DNA of 63,922 bases, filler included, from an uncultured bacterium (lineage in GTDB: Bacteria; CAYJOG01): NCBI GenBank assembly GCA_964371695.1. It is 9 parts of 9 records of this genome, joined end to end, with 100 filler letters (N's around TTAATTAATTAA, not from the genome) between each part and the next. Parts side by side here need not be neighbours in the genome. Positions count along the whole stretch, not along the records: positions 56,981 to 63,922 come from CAYJOG010000151.1; 8 more parts are not named here. One strand, written 5' to 3'. The position numbers were made by a program, and so were the translations under genes. Numbering within the stretch: the first letter of the stretch is position 1; each line of letters opens with the position of its first letter. Positions 58,422 through 63,922 of the stretch are shown here, piece by piece. The notes under the pieces are model-generated. The model saw only the letters and a program-made list of their open reading frames with translations, had not been told where the DNA came from and did no database searches.

Positions 58422-60074
58422 TCAAAGCCTGAACTTGACGATTTCAGCCTTGAGCGCCTCGGTGAGCACGTTCACGGTCTGAATGTGATCGAGCATGCTT
58501 TTGACGGCGTGGATCTGCTCGCTGGTGGTGGCGTAGACCTCCTGCACCACCGCCATGTTGCTTTCGCTGGCCTCGGCCACCTGACTGATGACCCGGATGA
58601 TTTCGTCGCTGGTGGCGATTTTGTCGCGGGTGGTGCGGCTGATGACGTTGATCTGATCCACGGTTTTGTCCACGAATTCAGAAATCTGCTGGAAGCTCTC
58701 GCCGGTTTTGCGCATGGCCCCGCTGCCTTCCACCACGCTCACGGTGCCTTCCTGCATCCAGTGAATGGCCTCGCTGATTTCCTTCTGGGTCAGTTCGATC
58801 AGCTTGCTGATTTCAAGGGCCGCGTTGGCGCTGCGCTCGGCCAGTTTGCGCACCTCGGTGGCCACCACGTCAAACCCCCTGCCCTGCTCACCAGCGCGGG
58901 CGGCTTCCACGGCGGCGTTCAGCGCCAGCAGGTCGGTCTGCTCGGTGATCAGGCCGATGAGGCGGGTGATTTCGGTGATCTGGTTGCCGCGTTCGCCCAG
59001 GTTTTTGATGGCGGCGGCGCTGTTTTCCACAATGCGCCGGATTTCATTCATCTTGCGCTCTGCGGTGGCCACCACCTGCCGGCCCTCCTGCGCCACCTGA
59101 CGGGTCTCCATGGAAACCTCCAGCGCCGCCTCGGCCTCTTTGGCCGCCCCCTGAATCAGGGTGCTGAACTCCAGCAGGGTTTCGCTGGACTTGGTGACCG
59201 CCAGATTCTGTTTCTCGCTGGAGGTGGTGACTTCTTCAATGGCCAGCATGATCTGTTCGGCCCCGCGCTTGGTTTCTTCACTGCCCTGGGCCAGCTCCAC
59301 GGAAAGGTTGGAGAGTTTGTCGCTGGCGCCGGTGATGTTGCTCACCAAACCCCGCAGGCTGGTGATCATCTGGCCGAATGAGCGCATGAGGCGACCGATT
59401 TCATCGCGGCTGGGTTTGTCGAGTTGGCCGCTCAGGTCGCCCTGGGCCACGCGCTCGGTGTGGCCCACCAGCCGGTAAATGGGCCGGATGATGCTGCGGG
59501 GCACCAGGGCGCTCACCACCAGCACCATCAGCACCACAATCCCCAACACCGACATGAGCAGGGTCACTGTTTCGGTGAGTTGTTCACGAATCTGTGCATC
59601 GGTGCGTTTGGTCAGTTCGTTGGTTTTGGCCAGGGCGGTGTTCTGGAACTTTTGCGCCTTGATGAACTCTTTTTGCAAGGATTCGGAATCTTCCCAGCCG
59701 CCCTTCTGCACTTCCTTCATCAGGCGAACGAGTTCCTTTTCGTTGGTGTAGCGGTCTTTTTCGGATTTTTTCAGGAGGTCAAAACTCTCTTTCGACAATT
59801 CCACTTTAAGTGCCTTGAAGAGAATGACCCTGGCGTCGTCCTTCTCACCAATTTTCTTTTCTATGTTTTTGCGTTGGTGTTCATCCGTGCTAACCATGTG
59901 CAACTGGATGAGGGCAAAAATGCCGGAATAGTTCAGACCGATTTCATTCACCCGCTTCATCAGGTCCATCTGGCGGCGAATTCCCGACACCTGCATCCAC
60001 ACCACCACGGCGCTGGTGAGCAGCAGGCCCACAATGGCCAGATAGGACACCCAGAGTTTGACTTTGATGGTCAT
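58422..60074 (-). CDS. Methyl-accepting chemotaxis protein
   Basis: TM-sensor-TM-HAMP (RDEIG.L...F); [37 protein letters not shown]. Confidence 0.96.
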   Translation of the reverse strand: MTIKVKLWVSYLAIVGLLLTSAVVVWMQVSGIRRQMDLMKRVNEIGLNYSGIFALIQLHMVSTDEHQRKNIEKKIGEKDDARVILFKALKVELSKESFDLLKKSEKDRYTNEKELVRLMKEVQKGGWEDSESLQKEFIKAQKFQNTALAKTNELTKRTDAQIREQLTETVTLLMSVLGIVVLMVLVVSALVPRSIIRPIYRLVGHTERVAQGDLSGQLDKPSRDEIGRLMRSFGQMITSLRGLVSNITGASDKLSNLSVELAQGSEETKRGAEQIMLAIEEVTTSSEKQNLAVTKSSETLLEFSTLIQGAAKEAEAALEVSMETRQVAQEGRQVVATAERKMNEIRRIVENSAAAIKNLGERGNQITEITRLIGLITEQTDLLALNAAVEAARAGEQGRGFDVVATEVRKLAERSANAALEISKLIELTQKEISEAIHWMQEGTVSVVEGSGAMRKTGESFQQISEFVDKTVDQINVISRTTRDKIATSDEIIRVISQVAEASESNMAVVQEVYATTSEQIHAVKSMLDHIQTVNVLTEALKAEIVKFRL

Positions 60075-60105
60075 GCCGCAGACACCTGAAACGACAACAG
60101 TTTAA

Positions 60106-60253
60106 CAGGGTGTTGATAGACACCCTGCAAAATCCACGGACGGATTTTACGCTTATTGGGGGTTGAAAAACCCCAATAAAAGCGCCATTTTGCGATGGCC
60201 CTGCCTGAGCAAAATGGGTTGAGAAAGTCCACGACGGACTTTCTCAACAATCC
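60106..60253. repeat. Family F-like element
   Basis: CAGGGTGTTGA... left end; AAATCCACGGACGGATTT and AAAGTCCACGACGGACTTT hairpins. Confidence 0.6.
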
Positions 60254-60371
60254 GATGACTGTTGCATCTCCGTTTCGCTGCAAACCGCACAGTGCTTTCA
60301 TCCCCAAAACCACTACATCCCCTGCTGTCAGGTTTGTGAAAAAAGTGGCGAAATTGCAGGGATTTTCTAAC

Positions 60372-60511
60372 GTAGCCCCGGCGTCTCGCCGGGAGTATTT
60401 GCCGCGCCAGAGGCGCGCACCTTTTTGCCTTTTTTTCTTATTTCCCTGAAGAACCACTGTTTTGTGCCGCCTGCGGCGGTTTTCATTCTCCCGGCGAGAC
60501 GCCGGGGCTAC
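60372..60511. repeat. Perfect GTAG REPIN-like pair
   Basis: 24-bp perfect inverted repeat GTAGCCCCGGCGTCTCGCCGGGAG / CTCCCGGCGAGACGCCGGGGCTAC. Confidence 0.85.
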
Positions 60512-60534
60512 AAATAACCTCAGAGCAATGACCA

Positions 60535-61944
60535 CTACGTCCCCTTGCTCCCATACAGGCTGGGCAGGGTGAGAATCAGTTGTGGCCAGATCATGAGCAG
60601 CACCAGCCCCACCAGCATCATCAACACAAACGGAAAAGCCCACTTGGTAACCGACAGCACCGGCTGACCAAACAGGCTGCTGGAGACAAACAGGTTCAGG
60701 CCAATGGGCGGCGTGAGATAACCAATCTCCAGGTTCACAATCACCACCGTGCCCAGCAGGATTGGATCAATGCCCAGGGCATGGGCCGTGGGCAGAATCA
60801 GCGGCACAAAAATGAGGATGGCGCTGATGATGTCCATGAGGCAGCCAATCACCAGCAAGAGCAGGTTGAGCATGACCAGGAACTTCACCACCTGGGCCGG
60901 GTCGTGCGCAGCGCGGCTTGGGTCCACCCCTTGCAGCATCATTTCCGCCAGCCTGTCGGGGGCCTGCTGGGCCGCCAGTTGAAAGTTCAGCACCTGACTG
61001 AAGGCCACAATGATGAGAATGGCCCCCACCATCACCGAGGGATTCACGATGGCCCCGTAAAAATCCTTCACCACGGTGGCAAGGCCATCCCGCCGCCAGG
61101 TCAGGCGCAGAAAGATTTCCGCCGCTGCGGCATACACCACACTCAGCGCCGCCGCCTCGGTGGCTGTGGCAATGCCGCCATAAATGCTGCCCAAAATGGC
61201 CAGGGGCATGCACAAGGCCAGGCCGCCCTCCACCCACGGGCGCAAGCCTTTTTCGGCCACGGCGTCTTCCAGCACCACGGCTTCACCCACGCCACTCAAG
61301 GTGAGGTGATCCAGCGGCTCACCCGGTTTTTTGCGCGCCCGGCTGCCCCACAGCACCACAAACAGCGTGAACAGCGAGCCCAGGACAAGGCCCGCCCCCA
61401 GCCCCCCCAAAAAGAGTTTTTCGATGCTGGTGCTGGTGACCACGCCATAAATCACCATGGGAATGGAGGGCGGAATGAGAATGCCCAGACTGCCCGCTGA
61501 CGTGAGCAGACCCACGGAAAAACCTTTGCTGTAACCAGCCCGCACCAGCGCGGGGGCCATGATGGCTCCCACCGCCACCACCGTGGCCGGGCTGGAGCCG
61601 CTCACCGAAGCGAAAAAACAACACCCCAGCACGGCGGCCACCGCCAGTCCGTTGGGCATCCAGCTGGTGAGGGCACGGGCAATCTGCACCATGCGTTTTG
61701 CGAGCGCCCCCTGGGCCATGATGGCCCCGCTCAGCACAAAAAACGGAATGGCCAGCAACGTGGTGCGGTTGAGCTGGTCGGTCATGCGTTTGGGAATAAA
61801 AGAGAGTGTTTTGAGATCAATTGCCCGGCCCTGATCAAACAGGTCCAGGCCCATCATGCCCATGGCCAGCACACCAATGGCCAGCATGAGCGGCGCGCCC
61901 ATGAGAATCAGCACCAGCACCAATATCAGCAACAGCGCGGTCAT
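60535..61944 (-). CDS. dctM: TRAP transporter large permease
   Basis: LLAIPFFVLSG, SGSSPAT, GSLGILIPPSIP, TATEAA, TPPIGLNLFV. Confidence 0.95.
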   Translation of the reverse strand: MTALLLILVLVLILMGAPLMLAIGVLAMGMMGLDLFDQGRAIDLKTLSFIPKRMTDQLNRTTLLAIPFFVLSGAIMAQGALAKRMVQIARALTSWMPNGLAVAAVLGCCFFASVSGSSPATVVAVGAIMAPALVRAGYSKGFSVGLLTSAGSLGILIPPSIPMVIYGVVTSTSIEKLFLGGLGAGLVLGSLFTLFVVLWGSRARKKPGEPLDHLTLSGVGEAVVLEDAVAEKGLRPWVEGGLALCMPLAILGSIYGGIATATEAAALSVVYAAAAEIFLRLTWRRDGLATVVKDFYGAIVNPSVMVGAILIIVAFSQVLNFQLAAQQAPDRLAEMMLQGVDPSRAAHDPAQVVKFLVMLNLLLLVIGCLMDIISAILIFVPLILPTAHALGIDPILLGTVVIVNLEIGYLTPPIGLNLFVSSSLFGQPVLSVTKWAFPFVLMMLVGLVLLMIWPQLILTLPSLYGSKGT

Positions 61945-62456
61945 TCGTGCCCCGGTTCCGGATCCACGTAGTCCCCCTTGAACCCCTGCACGGAAAACAG
62001 CAGAAACCGGAACGTCATGAGGGTGAAAGTGACGGGAATGCTCAGGTAAAGATAGGCGTAGTTGTATTCCATGGCCGCGCTGTGGGTGGGCTGGCTCATT
62101 TTGTCAAAAAACGCCTGCCACCCCAGCAGCGCCACCACGCCAATGAACAGGGCCGTCACCAGAAAACGCCCCCCCACCATCAGGCGGCGGACTTTTTCGG
62201 ACACGGGATATTTGATGGTGACCGCCAGATGTTTGGCCTCTTTGGCCGCCAGACTCGCACCGATAAACCCGGCCCACACCATCAACAGCCGCGCCAGCTC
62301 GTCGCCTTTGCCGGTAATGACAGAAAGCGCGTCTGGCCAGAACTTGCGAACCAGCACTTCACCCGCAACCAGCCCCACCATGCCCATGAGGGCCACAAAG
62401 AGCGTCATCCGTTCCACTTTGGCCAGCAGGTTATCCAGTGTCACCAAAGGGGTCAT
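61941..62456 (-). CDS. dctQ: TRAP transporter small permease
   Basis: Four TM helices; ELARLLMVW..FIGA...H; located between dctP and dctM. Confidence 0.92.
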   Translation of the reverse strand: MTPLVTLDNLLAKVERMTLFVALMGMVGLVAGEVLVRKFWPDALSVITGKGDELARLLMVWAGFIGASLAAKEAKHLAVTIKYPVSEKVRRLMVGGRFLVTALFIGVVALLGWQAFFDKMSQPTHSAAMEYNYAYLYLSIPVTFTLMTFRFLLFSVQGFKGDYVDPEPGHE

Positions 62457-62467
62457 GTTGTGCCCGC

Positions 62468-63550
62468 CTAGCGACCAGCGGCCTTGCGCTTTTGCTGGAA
62501 CGCCAGCAGCGCCTTGGTCACCCGGTCCACCCGTTCCTTGCCCATTTTGGAGGCGAAGCGCCGGGCCACTCTTTCGGTGATTTTTTTGAAGGCGGCGCGT
62601 TGCTCCGGGTTGAGTTCCACCACGGTCATGCCGCGATCTTTGATTTTCTGGATGTGGCGATCGTTGTAACGCGTGAGGGTGCCCCGCATGATTTTTTCGT
62701 AGCGCTTGAACACGTCCTTGAGCACCTTCTGGTGTTCGGGAGCGATGGTCTCCCAGATGTCCTTGTTGGCAATGACCGCCATGGGCTGATAAGTGTGGCG
62801 CGTGAGGGTGAGGAACTTGTTCACCTCAAACCAGCGGTTGTAATAAATGATGGGCAACGAGCCATCGGCCCCATCGGCCACGCCCTGTTGCAGGGCCTGC
62901 CAGCTTTCGGTGAAATCAATGGTCACGGGGCTGGCCCCCAGTTCCTGAAACATGGCCACATAAATGGGGCTGTCCTGGGCGCGCAGTTTCACACCCTTCA
63001 GGTCTTTGGGCCAGAGAATGGGAAAGTCGCGGTTGGTGAGGTGGCGATAGCCGTTTTCGTAATAGGCCAGCCCCATGAAGCCATGCTTGGGCAACAGCGC
63101 CATCAGTTCCTGTCCCACCACGTTGTCCAGAATGAAATAGGCGTCTTCTTCGGACTCAAAAAAGAACGGCAGGTCAAACAGCATGAACTCAGGAATGGTT
63201 TTGGAAAGCTCGGTGGTGGTGACGGCGATGAAGTCAATGTTGCCACCGTAACAACCCTCCACCAGTTCCTTTTCGTTGCCCAGTTTGGCGTTGGGATAAA
63301 GATCAATCTTGATGGCCCCGCCGGTTTCGCGGTAGATGTCTTTCACCAGATCCTGCGCTGCCTTGTTGGCCGGGTGATCGTCTGGCCCCACGTGGGCCAT
63401 CTTGAACACACGGGTGGCCGGTTTACCGCCCGCTCCCTTTTGTTTGTTGGCGCAACCGGCGAGGGCCAGCAGGCCAAGCCCCAGCGCCAGAAACCCCGAT
63501 ATGGCAAAAAATCCCAGGCGTTTCAAAATCGAAGAGGCGTCGTTGCCCAT
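62468..63550 (-). CDS. dctP: TRAP substrate-binding lipoprotein
   Basis: LAGC lipobox; YP...LG.E, DLPF.F, ENGYR, DLKGVKLR, ALQQGVADG. Confidence 0.93.
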   Translation of the reverse strand: MGNDASSILKRLGFFAISGFLALGLGLLALAGCANKQKGAGGKPATRVFKMAHVGPDDHPANKAAQDLVKDIYRETGGAIKIDLYPNAKLGNEKELVEGCYGGNIDFIAVTTTELSKTIPEFMLFDLPFFFESEEDAYFILDNVVGQELMALLPKHGFMGLAYYENGYRHLTNRDFPILWPKDLKGVKLRAQDSPIYVAMFQELGASPVTIDFTESWQALQQGVADGADGSLPIIYYNRWFEVNKFLTLTRHTYQPMAVIANKDIWETIAPEHQKVLKDVFKRYEKIMRGTLTRYNDRHIQKIKDRGMTVVELNPEQRAAFKKITERVARRFASKMGKERVDRVTKALLAFQQKRKAAGR

Positions 63551-63569
63551 AAATGAGTGTTTCGGCCTT

Positions 63570-63922
63570 TCAGCCGTTCAGCGCTTTCATCACAGCTTCA
63601 CGCAGAGACCGGCTGCTGCCTTTATCCAGCTTACCTTGCATGTACACCACCTTGCCCTGTTTGCCCACCACAAGCAGGTTTGGGCCAAGGTCCACGCCAA
63701 ACAGCTTGGAGGTCTTGCCCTCCCAGTCCAGCAGGCGGGGGACTTCGGGATAACCGCTGTTTTCTGCGATTTCTTCGATGCGGGTGAGCACCGTTTGCTT
63801 GTTGGCGTAAAAGGGCAGGTTTTTGAGCGTAATCATGCTCAGAATCTTGATTTTGGGGTTGTTGACGTAGAACTTGGCCATGCTGTTGAAAAGGGCGATG
63901 GCTTCTTTTTCGGAATCTTTGG
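63570..63922 (-). CDS. Thioredoxin-like fold (YtfJ-like) protein, 5' truncated
   Basis: LLDWEG...K.FG....PN..VV.K.G.VVY pattern; the ORF runs off the window end. Confidence 0.5.
   Translation of the reverse strand, partial: KDSEKEAIALFNSMAKFYVNNPKIKILSMITLKNLPFYANKQTVLTRIEEIAENSGYPEVPRLLDWEGKTSKLFGVDLGPNLLVVGKQGKVVYMQGKLDKGSSRSLREAVMKALNG

Noticed and set aside
57042-59381. Long antisense ORFs (also 44602-47301, 42994-44598, 4850-6376, 33096-34607)
   Set aside because: Shadow frames of GC-rich genes on the opposite strand, with no protein-like motifs.

Overview
This is not one locus. It is nine ~7-kb contigs of a fragmented, GC-rich (roughly 60%) diderm bacterial assembly, probably a MAG. 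The contigs are sorted by decreasing length and joined by artificial 100-nt N44-TTAATTAATTAA-N44 linkers (7122, 14293, 21445, 28570, 35690, 42779, 49831, 56881), so gene order across linkers means nothing. Coding content is mostly housekeeping: dnaJ, pepP, cysS, rpsR, gloA, ogt, htpX, tRNA-His + hisS, yggS, sfsA, aguAB, a TRAP transporter, an MCP, two B12-radical SAM enzymes, and GH5 and GH94-like CAZymes. There are also two type II TA pairs, three tandem DUF4139-like genes and a 1923-aa exported FN3-rich protein. The most unusual signal is non-coding: at least eight families of short palindromic repeats or MITEs fill the intergenic spaces, nest inside one another and often mark contig ends. 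One family (CCCTCTCCCC-N5-GGGGAGAGGG...GGGTGAGGGG, with covarying C-GNA-G mini-hairpins) brackets a DUF559/Vsr-like nuclease gene as inverted copies. This resembles a REP/RAYT-style system with a non-transposase nuclease, and it is my best candidate for an undescribed system. The second candidate is a MazF partner in which the usual DNA-binding domain is replaced by an unrelated domain. All family calls are by eye; no searches were run.
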